From positions 2,004,730 to 2,068,729 of the forward strand of contig BDGG01000007.1 of the NCBI GenBank assembly GCA_001949185.1: a stretch of 64,000 nt of DNA, given 5' to 3'. Shown here piece by piece: positions 37,301-49,604 of this stretch. Each line of letters opens with the position of its first letter. Within the stretch, counting starts at the first letter, position 1. The position numbers and the translations under genes are program-made. Source of the DNA: Ramazzottius varieornatus (Eukaryota > Animalia > Tardigrada). Under the pieces are notes generated by a model. The model made no database searches and was not told the DNA's origin. It saw only the letters and a program-made list of their open reading frames with translations.

Positions 37301-40125
37301 CTGATCGTAAATTGAAAGTGTGTCCAACGGATGCGTAAACAGACTATCAGTTAGTCTCATTGTGCATATTGCTTGACCGCTTTATGAACAGAAGGCAAAT
37401 ACTCGCTCGACAGGTCATAACCTCCGGTCAGCATGACATTTTTCCACTAGATGTTAATTTTTTTTATATCAAAATGTCATAGAAAAATGTCAGTTTTAAA
37501 CTTTTCTGCGTTAGGAATATCGCAGAGAGATGTTTCTGTGGAAATTGTTCTTTTTACAAAATGCTCATGGGGATGTTTCTTGTTTCTCAGGTGTACCTTG
37601 AGCACGGAGTTCGACATCCACGAGCTTCTCCTGATCTTGTCGCAAAAGCGTCTGATCAAGCAGCTGGACAATGGAACATGGATTCGGTGGTCCGGTCAGC
37701 CCGAAGACGACTCGCACTTGGCTCCCGAAGCCCAGACGACCTTCACCATCGGCAAGCACATGCCGACACTGCAGCCGTGGGAGCAGCCGACCATCGCCGT
37801 CATCACGGCCCTCTTCGTCGAGAAGATGGCCGTCGACGCCATGATGGACAACAAGGAGACATTTGTGCGGTACCAGACTCAGGGCGAAGGAACCGTCTAC
37901 ACGCTGGGCAACATTGGCAGACATAGGGTCGTCTGTACCAAGCTGCCAGCCGTGGGACATGACAGAGCGGCCATGATCGCGGCTGGAAACACCACCACAA
38001 GGTTCGCCTCAAAATAACCATCTTTTTCATGGCGAAAAGTCATGCTTGTACATGGTTGTGGGAATGTCGAAAGCGGGGAAACTGACTCAGTTGTGCGGAC
38101 GGGTAGACCGAGAAATCATACTTCGACATCGCTGCTGCCACGCAGAAGCGTGGTTTCCACAGTTAGGTTTTGCACCGGGTATGACGATACATTGAAAATT
38201 TTGTTACTGTTTTGTAGGTTATTGGGTATCTTCCAAAGAGTAGAGTATGTGTTCGTGGTGGGGTGTGCAGGTGCCGTTCCACATTACACGTCTTACGCCA
38301 AGCACGTCAGGCTAGGGGACATCGTCGCGTCAGCTCCCGACGCCAAGCATCCCTACATCTACGTCTTCTCCGACGAAGCCAAGAAGGACCTCAAAGCTGG
38401 GACAGTAACGTACGCCACCAAGTCGTGGCGACCTCCGCAGCAAGATCTCCAGATGTTAGCGCAACAACTACAGCATATCCACTCGGTGGACCCGACTTTC
38501 CACCCGTGGAAAGAGTTCATCGACGAAGGTGACGAATAATTTTTTGGAGATTTCCCTGCCCGAACTTTATTTTTAATTTTGATTTTATCTTCTTTCAAAC
38601 TGATAACAGGAAGCTCGAAAAACCATATCTGAATAGAAAATTTGAGAACGATTCTACTTTTTCAGTCTAAAGATATGGTACTAAGCTCGGCAAACAAAGT
38701 CGAGCAGATCGATTTCCCAAGTGGCGCACCCCTTCAGCCAAAATCAGTGAGAACGTGCGCCATTTTGGAACTGGACTAGATCGGTTTTCGAGGTGGCGCA
38801 CTGTTCCAGCTAGTACAACCGAGGACGTGCGCCACTTGGTCAAATGATCTGATCGGGTTTGTTTGCCGTGCTTACATATTTATTTTTCCAACTGGGAAAT
38901 GAATTTCAAGTTGTTTTTTTAATTTGACTTTGAATTGAAAAATCATTTTGTTGACAGGTTTGGAAAGGTTGGCTGGTCAGGAGAACAGTCTGATGAGTTT
39001 CGAGCGGCCACCAGCCGAGACGGACAAGCTGTACATGGCTATCGGAGAGACGGACGTCATCCAGGTGTCTCATCCCAGCAACCGAGGTACCTCGGTGGAC
39101 GACGGTGAGGAAACCGTCGATGAGCAGGAGCCTACCCTCCCACGGATCCACCTGGGTCCCATCGGCGGAGGCCGAGCCGTCATTAAGGACCAGACGCTGC
39201 GACAAGACTTCGCCACGCATTATGGATGCCTCGCATTCGACTACGAATTCGACCCCGGTTAGTACCACATAGAGTTTCTCTTCTTTGGTTACTACCTTCA
39301 ACTTCTCATGTTTTTTGCAGTGCTGGAGTCGATATTCGGCAACCGGAAGGACCACTACATCTGTATTCGCGGCATGTCCGACTACCGTGACGGCATGCGC
39401 AACAAGGAGTGGCAACCGTATGCTAGTCTGGCCGCTGCTGCCTTCATGAAGGCCGTTATCATGACCATGCAGGTAAACCAAGAGAAATTCCAAAAGTTAT
39501 ACGACAGTAATGCAACCACAAAACAGCTTTGATGGTAACCGGAAGACGACTTTCACGTATCTGCTTACCATTCATCACCCACCTGTTGGGCGTGATATAG
39601 TATGCAGGTACCTAACAGAAAGTCATTAAGCGATCATCATTCACCTACATACACAATGGCCAGTTTCAGCAGCTTCCATCGGGTATGTAGGTAGGTGAGG
39701 AACATGACAGAAAGGTGAAAGGGTCCGTCACGTACCTATATACGCTTGTCTGGCTGTGATACCTAATGGGCCGGTATGCAGGTGTACAAGAACTGGTCAC
39801 ACGTTACACTCTTGTGCAGCTGTGCTGCTTTCAGGTTTCCGAGCCGGAGGTTCCACAACCGCCACCAGCCTACAGTTACAGTCCGCAGTCACACGCCCAC
39901 CGTAATAACTACCCTCAACCGCCGGTCCAGGTCCTCCCCATGTCGGCTTCACCCATTCAACCACCTCACCGACACGCCCATGGTAATGGGAACGGGAATG
40001 GCAGCCACCACAACACGCCACCACGATACAGCGAGTCGTATAGTAGTTCGAAACAGAAGGGACCTTTTACTCCAACTGGCACACCACCACCTCAAGCACA
40101 GCCCGCACGTCAAAGTTTCGTTTAG
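34384..40125 (+). CDS. Multi-exon protein with N-terminal domain, probable winged-helix module and C-terminal nucleoside phosphorylase (PNP_UDP/MTAN-fold) domain
   Basis: Exon 1 MAATKAVNGTVADL (34384) splices in phase to EKVILTPV... The segment 'EETLLEMIERAFPNGLAFKDIAK|...FDIHELLLILSQKRLIKQLDNGTWIRW' is wHTH-like. PNP motifs: 'IAVITALFVEKMAVDAM', 'YTLGNIGRHRVVCTKLP', 'VFVVGCAGAVP...VRLGDIVAS', 'CIRGMSDYRDGMRNKEWQPYASLAAAAF'. The last exon is Pro-rich and ends QSFV*. Confidence 0.85.
38718..38838. repeat. Intronic palindromic module array (2 units, period 72)
   Basis: Units at 38718-38766 and 38790-38838, with 33-nt spacers. Outer inverted repeat TAAGCTCGGCAAAC / GTTTGCCGTGCTTA. In a PNP-gene intron. 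Confidence 0.88.
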
Positions 40126-41305
40126 GATTAGTGTGTTGGTTTTATATGACTAATGTTTGACGGTTTCACCTAACTAGCTAAAAAAGTGGAACATACAGAC
40201 ATTTTTTGTGAAACTTTGGTTTTTAGTTTTCTTTACTTTTCACTTTTATCATCACATGATGGATTTTAGGTTTTATCGTTGTGGCCTTACTTTAGTTAGA
40301 GTCATTGTGACATTTTTTTCTCGACAGAAGGAAGGAGCTTTTATGTTTTTGGGTGGTCGGCAAGAATTAGCGGATGTGTAAACTACGCTTTGGCTGTAAT
40401 CTTGACTTTGAGATGAGTTTTTTTCTCCCCGGACATTAGATTCACCGGATGGAGCGGCGCTTGATGGATGGATGCTCATCGACACGTACACCTAGACCAT
40501 AACGGGTTTGTCCAGCATTTTTTCACAGATGCGCGAAGTCAGGAAAGTACAGGGTGAGTACGCCGAGTGACTACCACCGAGGGGAGGGGGGCGTGGAAAA
40601 AATTCAGACTATCCTTTCCTCTCGTTCCTTCACATAATTCGTGAAACTGTTTGCGCTGCTTCCGCTACAAGATAGCTCGTTCGCATGCGTTGGGACCTAG
40701 ATGGGAAAAGTTGAATGGAATGACTTCCGGGGATAATTTTTTAGGCATGAACAAACCGGAAACTCTTGAACTACGTGCGCGAGGATGTCTCCCCAATTTG
40801 ATTTTCACGAAGGTATAACTATCTGGGTCGCTATTAGAAAATAGAAAAAATCGCAGGACAGTTTAATTAGCTTGATAAATGGATTAAAACTCTTCCCCCA
40901 CTCAAAAAATCTTGTTTTCAGGCGCGCACCCCGTATATTGGCTTAATTTCGCTACAGCAGCTGTATCAGTGAATAAACAGGGGTACAGAAGATCACTGTG
41001 TTTTTCCCCGGAAGTTAAACTACCGTTAAAAACTTTGCAATCAGCAGTTCTAGTCCAAAAGGGCAGAAGAGAGAGCAATAGGTTTTTTCCGGAGGGAGAA
41101 ACCAATGCTTTGGAGAAACGGTAAAAATTTCGCGTCGGAACAGCAACGCGGTGGCACCCCCCTAGTCTCGGGTTGATTCTCGACATCGTATAGACATTCT
41201 TTCTGAGCAAGTTATCTTTAAAGGTAGCAAAAGGGGTACTGAATTAAGAAACAATGGTTTCAAAGAGCAACACACACCGAGTCGATAGCGCTTAAACACG
41301 TGGTA

Positions 41306-42387
41306 CAGGGCGTTCGCACCAACTTGCTACCCCCCATGAAAGCATGGCTTTTTCGACTGGATCATTACTCAACTTTCAAACTGGTTTTTCCTGGTCTGAC
41401 ATAATGTTTGCAACTTCGTAAAAAATTACCGACCAGAAATCTTTTCGGGACGAGTCGTAATCGACATCAAGCTGGAGGAGGACAGAAGCCAAAAGTCTAT
41501 CAACTTTCGCAGTTTTTGTGGTCGTTCCCAAAAACCAGTGATTGTCTGATTATCGTCCATCACGGAACTTGATTGGGGAGTAAACGCTGATTGAAGACAC
41601 AGGCATTTTCCATCCCCGCCGGGCAATATCTACGTTGACCGTCACGTGATGAGCGCAACCATCGAGGGAATACAGTACGTGTTACATCCACGAGGAAAAA
41701 ATCAGATTGCTTCTTTTCCGCATTTTCTCCCACATTATCCATACAACTTTTCAACCTGGTTCGGCTGAACTATGAGCCGTTTTATGACATTGAGCAGCAG
41801 CTTGAAGAATTTGACTAGTATGACTTCCGGTGGGAAAGACCTATCGTAACGGCTAAAACTATTGTCCACAGGACCCCATGTTAGAGTTTCGATCCGACAT
41901 CTGCTATCGGCAAGCCAACAACTGTCTTGGTTGAAAGTGAAAATTAAAAAAATCCACGGGAACATCAAGATAATTCAGCAAACGAATTTTAAACAGCAAA
42001 TTCGGTCGTTTTGCCGGGAAACCTCCCTCTATGAAAACAATTCCCGCTTTTGACCTGATGGCTGATTCACGGTTTTGATCACTTTCGAGTAAACCCAGCT
42101 CGTGATCTAATTGTTTCGAATCACAGTGCCGCATGATTTGAACGGAAAACCGAAAAACTGGTTTTTGGAAACGACCACAATAACTGCGAAAGTTGATAGA
42201 CTTTTGGCTTCTGTCCTCTGCCAGCTTGATGTCGATTACGACTCGTCCCGAAAAGATTTCTGGTCGGTAATTTTTTACGAAGTTGCAAACATTATGTCAG
42301 ACCAGGAAAAACCAGTTTGAAAGATGAGTAGTGGTCCAGTCGAAGTTGAGTAATGATCCAGTCCAGCAAGTTGGTGCGAGTGCCCTG
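41306..42387. mobile_element. Tc1/mariner-type non-autonomous element with long (~230 bp) TIRs
   Basis: TA|CAGGGCGTTCGCACCAACTTGCT ... AGCAAGTTGGTGCGAGTGCCCTG|TA. About 41350-41540 is a near-identical inverted copy of about 42157-42350. Confidence 0.88.
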
Positions 42388-42732
42388 TAGCTGGAGCGAA
42401 AGTTCGAGAAAAAATCGCTTTTTGAGCGGATCAGTTACCGCTTCTGTGAAACAGTTTTACCACGCGTACCTTAACTGTGACGTGGCGCACCAAATAGTAA
42501 TCTGTAACGCTAAGAAGTAGTGCTATCAGATTTTGATAAACTGCTACGCAGAAAACACAATCACCGAAGTAGTCAATGGGTCTCATGAAATACCACCAAA
42601 GGAAACCGATGTAACAAGATATACGAGATGCTCGTTTCAAGCACCGCGCAATGTTCTGCGAGTCGCTAGAAATCTAAGGGGGGGGAACGAAGAACAGGAA
42701 AAGTCGACCAAATCGACTAGCTACTGAAAGTA

Positions 42733-43478
42733 CAGCCCGTTTGGGCCACACCGCTGCCACTCGGAAAAGCGCCTGTGGAAAAATCGGTTTAATTGTTTTC
42801 TATCCAGTCTCTTGTTCTTTCATACAACACTTCAAGCTCTGTCGACTGAGATAGAGGACATTCAGATCGGCTGAGAACATTCTGGAAAAGTTGATCGGTA
42901 TGACTTCGGAGGGGGGGAAGACCGCTCCTCCTGACCGAAACGCCATTTCTGAAATTTTGTGTTCAAGCATCAGCCGCCAATTTAATCCTAGCATACGTAG
43001 AACTACCTTATGTATTTAGAGTAACACTAGGAATCATGGAATATCGGAGAAATAGCAGACAAACTTGACAAATGAACTAAAATTGTCGAATTTGACCGTT
43101 TTACCGGTAAATCTGCTTCTGCGGCAAAAATTGTATCTCTTGCTTTGAGCGAAAGATTCACGCCGTCGATAACTTTTCCTGTAGCGCGGTCTACGTTCCA
43201 ATTATTTTTAACAAAACTGCCGCATAGCCGTAACGTCGAGACCGAAAAAAAATTTGGAACACAGCCGTGAAACCTACGAAAGTTGCTGTGTTTCTTTTCT
43301 CGCACGTTCCCTAGTTTTTTGTCAATTTGACTTTCCCTGGACGGATTTCTGAACGATAATTTTTTCTAGCTTCCAAAAAGATTATCAGATCGAGTAATAT
43401 TAGTTCGGAGATCCGGCAGTAATCCGGTTGTGAACGTCTCAGTGTTTTAGGTGGTAGAGATGTGACCCGAACGGGCTG
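42733..43478. mobile_element. TA-flanked non-autonomous DNA transposon (MITE)
   Basis: TA|CAGCCCGTTTGGGCCACACCGCTGCCAC ... GTGGTAGAGATGTGACCCGAACGGGCTG|TA, imperfect TIRs. Confidence 0.75.
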
Positions 43479-43922
43479 TAATTAGACTATCAAAGTCGAG
43501 GTACAGGTAAGTAATAATATTATTGAAAACCGAGAAGACTCACAAAACAGCGAAAAGTTGCTGTTCTACCACCTTGGTTACGCGTTTCATCATATTCAAT
43601 CTTGAAGCGCGAACCGTCAAAGACGAGACAAACTTTCTGCTTTCTGGACGACATTACTGAATATGACAAACAATTTCGGGTGAAAATCAAACAAAATCGA
43701 AGTTTTCTAATGGCTTCAATTTGCACACTGAGAGACAGTGTTGTTCCGATCTTCGGCCAAAAACGGCCGTTTTGGAATTCCAATATAACCATTGAAGTTA
43801 GCAATCCCAGGCTGGACAATTATAATTTTAATTAGAATTGTGTTAGAATTCAGAAAAATTGAAGAAATCATAATTGATAATTGAAATGCCTAATCTGACA
43901 ATTCAAATTATTGAATTTGCCG

Positions 43923-45110
43923 CAACACTGCGGTAACCCAATGCATTTTTACACTGCAGAAATACGGTCGATCTGTGGTATTCCGCCCTAACGGCGGAAA
44001 TCTATAATGATAATTTCTGCCTTCGCCAATGTTAAACGGACTGCTAATGCTGCACAGGTCGACGGCAGAAACGTGGTGGGGAAACGCAGTGGTATTTCAT
44101 CCATAGCGAAAATTCACTACCAAAAAGAACCTCAGAAATACGGCGGAAACACCGTGTGCAAATTTACGATTCTGCTGGGAATATCGAATGAGCTGGTTGG
44201 TACGTAATTACTGGTACCGGAAAGTTCTGAATCTGTTAAAACTAATTAAAATCAAAATGTTTCAATAAGTAAAAATTCAGATCAGAAATAGGCAAGAGTA
44301 CCAGGAGCAGCAAAATTCAACGGGAATGAGTTTTGAACGGAAGGCAGTGCAGCAAATCTTCTTGTTTTTCTTGCGGAGTCCAGAGCAGTGAGTACTGATT
44401 CTCTTGTTGATTTCCTCAGTCTTTGGTTGGGTCAACTTCTTCCCGTGATTCTCTCGAAGATGACGCCGAATACTCGATAATAATTTATAAACCACATCCA
44501 CACACAAATACATTTAAACCTGTTTTCCTGATCGATTTCAAAATACAGTCTCTCTGTAGCAAGATCATACTTAGAATTAGCCTGTGTAAAAGGCATCTTT
44601 ACTCCTTTTCACGAAAAAGAAATGAAACTGTTGTCTAGATCGCATCCTTCCGTCCAGATATCAAAAGAGTAATCTGGACAGGGTAACGCAGTACCCAGTG
44701 ACCAATCTGGCCTGAATCTGTGCTACAGTTATGGTTTGCCACTTTTAACGGTTTATATGTCAATGTAATGCAGTCCCGTTCAGTTTTATAATCATTATTA
44801 TTTCCAATTCCGGTCCATTCAGTTATTCCTCACCGTAACAGGAAATTTAAGGAAATTTGATTTATCAGGCGAAAGAATAGCATCCGTATTTCGACCGTGC
44901 ACACTTCCACACTGAAATATTTCTTCCCAGATTCTCCACTACACAAACCGGGCTGAAGTTGCACAGTCGCACTTCCACCACACTTTGTCGATAGCTTCAG
45001 AACTTCTTCCGCGTTTCTGTGATTCTAACGGCATCTCTGTAGTGTTTCTGTACCGCAGAAACGCTTCCCTTGAAGTGTGAAAATGCATTGGGTAATACGC
45101 AGGTGGGTGC
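43923..45110. mobile_element. Degenerate TIR element (~1.2 kb)
   Basis: CACTGCGGTAACCCAATGCATTTTTACAC (about 43927) is matched by the inverted GTGTGAAAATGCATTGGGTAATACGCAGGTG (about 45075-45105). No TSD resolved. Confidence 0.55.
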
Positions 45111-45561
45111 ATTAAGTTTCGGGAATTATGCGTGTTTTGGCGCTTGATTGGGCAAATGTCTATACGCATGTGCATGTCGAATTACGGAGAAAGGCACGAG
45201 GCTTACAGTTTTGTTTTGCGAATCACGCGCGGTGCATGGATGTACGCGCGAAGTCGAAACCCGAAATTTTTCCTACCTGCCCGCTAAGGTCTTTTTCGCG
45301 GATATGGTGACGCACCCGCGAGGTTTGAGGGGGCATTACAGTACTTGATCAATCAGCCCGTCCGCATTCAGTGCCTTGAGTACACGACCTTCTTGATAAA
45401 CATCTGACGGGCATTCCACGCGCATGGAACGAGAAACTCAAGCTGCTTTAAAACACATTATATAAATATCCAAATCTGAAAAATGGACCACAAAAATTTA
45501 AATAATTCAGTTGCTGTCGCGAGCTGAATTCTGATCAATTGTAATTGCTAATTTAACTAAG

Positions 45562-46218
45562 CTCTGTTTCATCTACCGATGGGTGGTACTTTTAGCCTCC
45601 TGGCCAACCCATCCAACAGTTTTCATGGATTCTTTTACGGTTATAGTTCTTAGTTCGCGAGACGGGTCAACTTGGCCGTTTTAGAAAGTTAAGATCAGCT
45701 TTCGATCATCCCGCTACGGGGGAAGATCAGCTGATAGGATCTCTGATCCTCAGTATGTACGATCCACCACACAGTCGTACGCGTGAATCCGTCCCGGGTA
45801 GTGAGCACGCGGCAGACCGGACAATCAACGGTCAGCTGTCAATCAGTTGAGAATGAATGTGCAGTATCACACACGGTTAGCCCAGCGTGTCATTGATTAC
45901 CTGATTATGCACTCATGGCGCAAATCTGTTCGACTGATTGACAGCTGGCCGTTGATTGTCCGGTCTGCCGCGTGCTCACTACCCGGGACGGATTCACGCG
46001 TACGACTGTGTGGTGGATCGTACATACTGAGGATCAGAGATCCTATCAGCTGATCTTCCCCCGTAGCGGGATGATCGAAAGCTGATCTTAACTTTCTAAA
46101 ACGGCCAAGTTGACCCGTCTCGCGAACTAAGAACTATAACCGTAAAAGAATCCATGAAAACTGTTGGATGGGTTGGCCAGGAGGCTAAAAGTACCACCCA
46201 TCGGTAGATGAAACAGAG
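45562..46218. repeat. Near-perfect 657-bp palindrome (286-bp arms, 85-bp spacer); foldback/MITE
   Basis: Arm 45562-45847 is the reverse complement of 45933-46218; I saw one mismatch by eye. Ends are CTCTGTTTCATCTACCG / CGGTAGATGAAACAGAG, in a TAA/TTAA context. Confidence 0.92.
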
Positions 46219-48500
46219 TTTAAGTTGCATGTCAGACAATCGAAATAGCTGCCGCCAGGGGTCCGATTGATCGTACTTGCAATTATAATCCAGAAAACTC
46301 ATATCGAAACAACACTGCTAGAAGAAACACTGCTACGTTACATGCTGGCATGCTGCTACGCTTTTCTGAGAAGTACCGCACCGAGCAGGTGCGTGCGCTC
46401 GGTAACCTGCTGTGATCGTACGACATAATGCATCAATCAATGACAATAGTCAAGTTGAAACTTCACCAAGGATCGCCGGATTTTTTTAGCCTACACTCAT
46501 TAGACTTTTCGATTGACTATACTGTGAATCTATGATGTACAATATGATCTCGACACAGCTCCTCTTCTCAACCCTGATTGCAGTTGTGTTAGTCTTTACA
46601 TCCTGGACTATATCGGTGTCTGGTTGATTGGTTGTCTAGCTGTCTGAGTGTACTCTGTACTCTTCGGCTCGCCACAGCCAAATATCCTTCGTTGATAACG
46701 CTGAGATTATAAAGTGAAGTGGTAGCTGGCGATAGAGATGGGAATAAAAGAACTTTTTATCTTCGACATCGTGTTCCGTGGCCAGATCATTCACCCTGCC
46801 CAAGCCAACTCTCTACCACCTGGCATTTTGAGGAGGAAAATTCAGAATGCTACATTGCCGTTCATGCTTCCCGTCTCTCCATATATTTTCTCAACCTGCT
46901 TCGATTGAACTATGGTTCGTTCAGTTATGGTGACAAGCTGTTCGAAAAACTTGACTAGAATGACTTCCGGTGGGGGAGACGTACCGCCAGGGGTCAAACG
47001 CAGTATACAAAATTCCATGCTTGAGCTCTTATCCTGACATTGATGTAAATAAAAACACAACTATTCTATTAGGCGAAAGAATCGAGAAAGACCAGAAAAG
47101 GTCCAAGCCAACTTAACAAACAAATTCAAACCCGTCGAATCTGGCCGTTTTGCCGGGAAAACTCGTTTTCGGTAAAATTTCTGAGTGTTTCCAGAACGAC
47201 TGATTTGATCTTCGAACCACTTTTCCTTTAGTTTGATGTTTGTTTTAACTTTTTTTGCTAACAGTACCGCCAGATGCCAACGGGAAACTGAGAAACAATT
47301 TTTCGAAAACGTACCCAAAAACAACAAGAGTTGGTGCGTTTCTCACGAGGAGATTAATGCAATACGCCGCCTTTGATCTACAGCACAAACTGAAATGATA
47401 GGTGGATAGAGGAGAGTTTCCTCCATAGTCTGAGCAAAAAACCTAGACCCATTGCTAATCCTGGAATAAACTACAAGACCCGAAAGTGACGAAAATTTAG
47501 TCGCTCTATAATGGATTCGATAACTGATTGCGCTGAATGTGCCATATTTTCTTCACTTCCGGCCTGTAGTTTTTCCTGAAAATGCTTTTCAGGAATCCTG
47601 AAACACATATTGGGAATTTTTCCGAGATTACATTCTCCTTTTTTGAGGCTCCGAGCTTGCGCGCGTTATTTGCATCGCTCGCCGCCTATACTCCTCCTGC
47701 AGCTTGGGGGCCAACCGTACTTAAAGTTTCGCGTCCGGAAACTAAGTTTGTAAATTCCTGATTCCATTCCTTTCCAAATTCCTTCCATTCCTGGAATTCC
47801 GTTCCGTTCGAAGGGGTAGCCCTTTGGAACGGTGGAGTTCCTATTTAGAAAACTAGCAAAAATTGGAGAAAATTTAGGAATTTCACGGTAAACAGTCGAA
47901 GATCCAGCAGATCCTGCAGATCCTGTCGAAAAACTGAACCCGATGCTGACTCACACATGCGTACCACTGAGGCTAATTGGTCGTTCGGTTGAACGACCAA
48001 TAGCATTTTCGACCCGTCGCACAAAAGTAGGCGGCGCATTCAACTGTGCGTAAATCCTTGATTTTCCCTTGGACCGACAAGACGAAAGTTTGGATCGGCC
48101 AATCTCCAGCTGGGTTTCAGTCTCAAAACCAATATTTGTTGATGACTTCAGATCATGTTTACTGTCTTAGATGAGTATATAAAAAGAACTAAACTGACAA
48201 ATGGGACTTTGGAGTTCCAGATTTTTGCGAGGACCTTCTGGAGAAGGAAATAGGGATGTACGAATATTAGGAATTCCTTTCTTATTTTCCATTCCAAGGC
48301 CATTCGGCCTGGAATTTACAACCTTACCAAGAACCAACGGAGAATACGGTGTCCATGGTGTGCCAAAGTGTACAAACCGAAAGTTCATGTGAAGAAAACG
48401 ATATCTCAATCAACGTAGCAATCAGTTCACAGCCAAAATCTGACTGATCGAGAGTCTGCGTAAACTTTGTCACTTCGTCAAACTTTGTCACTCTTCCAAT

Positions 48501-49048
48501 TATGGGGCGCCGTTTGCGTCAAAACCATTTCGTCAAAACCAAGAATCGTCGCGGAGTTTTCTAAACCACCTAACATGCTTTGCCAGAGTTGCAGTTTACA
48601 CGATTTTTCATTTCACACGTTTTGTAGAATCTTCGAACTCTGGCGGGAATTAATGCACCGGAAAACGGCAGCGTGGTAAAGGGTGTATTTTTTGATCCTG
48701 TTTGCCCCACCCCCTCTGAGCCATACGCGCACGCATGTAGAAGCAAGGCTCCTTACGTCACCATCAGAGCCGTACCACCACTATGAGGTGACGTCAGAGA
48801 CTGCGTTCCTGTCTACGAGCGCGTATGACACAGAGCAGGAGGGGGCGACCAGGTTCAAAAAGACAATTTTTATGCTGACGCTTTCCGCTGTATGATTTCC
48901 GCCAGAGTTCGAGAATTCTACAAAAAGTGTGAAGTGAAAAATCGTGCAAACTGACGTTCTGGCAAAGCATGTTAGGTGGTTTAGGGGACTCTGCGAGAAT
49001 TCTTACTAATAAAACGCGTCAAAGTTTTAACGCAAACGGCGCCCCATA
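48501..49048. mobile_element. MITE with ~150-bp imperfect TIRs
   Basis: TATGGGGCGCCGTTTGCGT ... ACGCAAACGGCGCCCCATA. The internal arms (CTAAACCACCTAACATGCTTTGCCAGA, CGAACTCTGGCGG) are mirrored. Confidence 0.85.
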
Positions 49049-49336
49049 TCCGAGCAAGTCAGTCAGCGCGGGGAGCAGAGTGAACAGCCCAGGGAACAGC
49101 GGTTTTTGTCGCTTGCCTTTTGACACAGCGACTTGATTCGATCAGGTTGAAATACGAGCAGGTAAAACCGGGCACAGCCTTGGCTTATTCTGGCACAGCC
49201 TTGACAGAAACTTCTGTTCTCTTTTTCCTATGGCTCACCATGAAGTTTTTATCCGTTTGGCGTTTTAGTGTCGGTCACGCCTCTGCCTGAAAAGATTTCG
49301 GGTCGGTAATATTTAATTATAATGCTTAGATCATTA

Positions 49337-49604
49337 CAGACATTAAGTTGCCACCGCCAGATGAAAGTCCCACTGTAGCTAAGATGAGTTGCAACGTCAC
49401 TCATAAGCGTAGCAGCTGATCAGAACTTTGAATAGTTGGGCAACCATCATGCTTCCCAATGCTAGCCAACCGTAGCTCCGATTACGCTATTTTTGAAAAT
49501 AAGGGAAGCTCCGGAAAGCAAAATGTAGTTACACGTCACGAAAGGGGCGAAGCAAGGCCGTAGCTACAGTTGCAAAGTGAACGGGAGTGGCAACTTAATC
49601 TCTA
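49337..49604. mobile_element. Small degenerate MITE
   Basis: AGACATTAAGTTGCCAC ... GTGGCAACTTAATCTCT inverted ends, with mirrored internal CTGTAGCT/AGCTACAG. Confidence 0.6.

Noticed and set aside
47750-47850. Degenerate (ATTCC)n-like run, echoed at about 48260-48310
   Set aside because: Short and low-complexity, probably part of a decayed repeat. It is not a telomeric or satellite array I can support.
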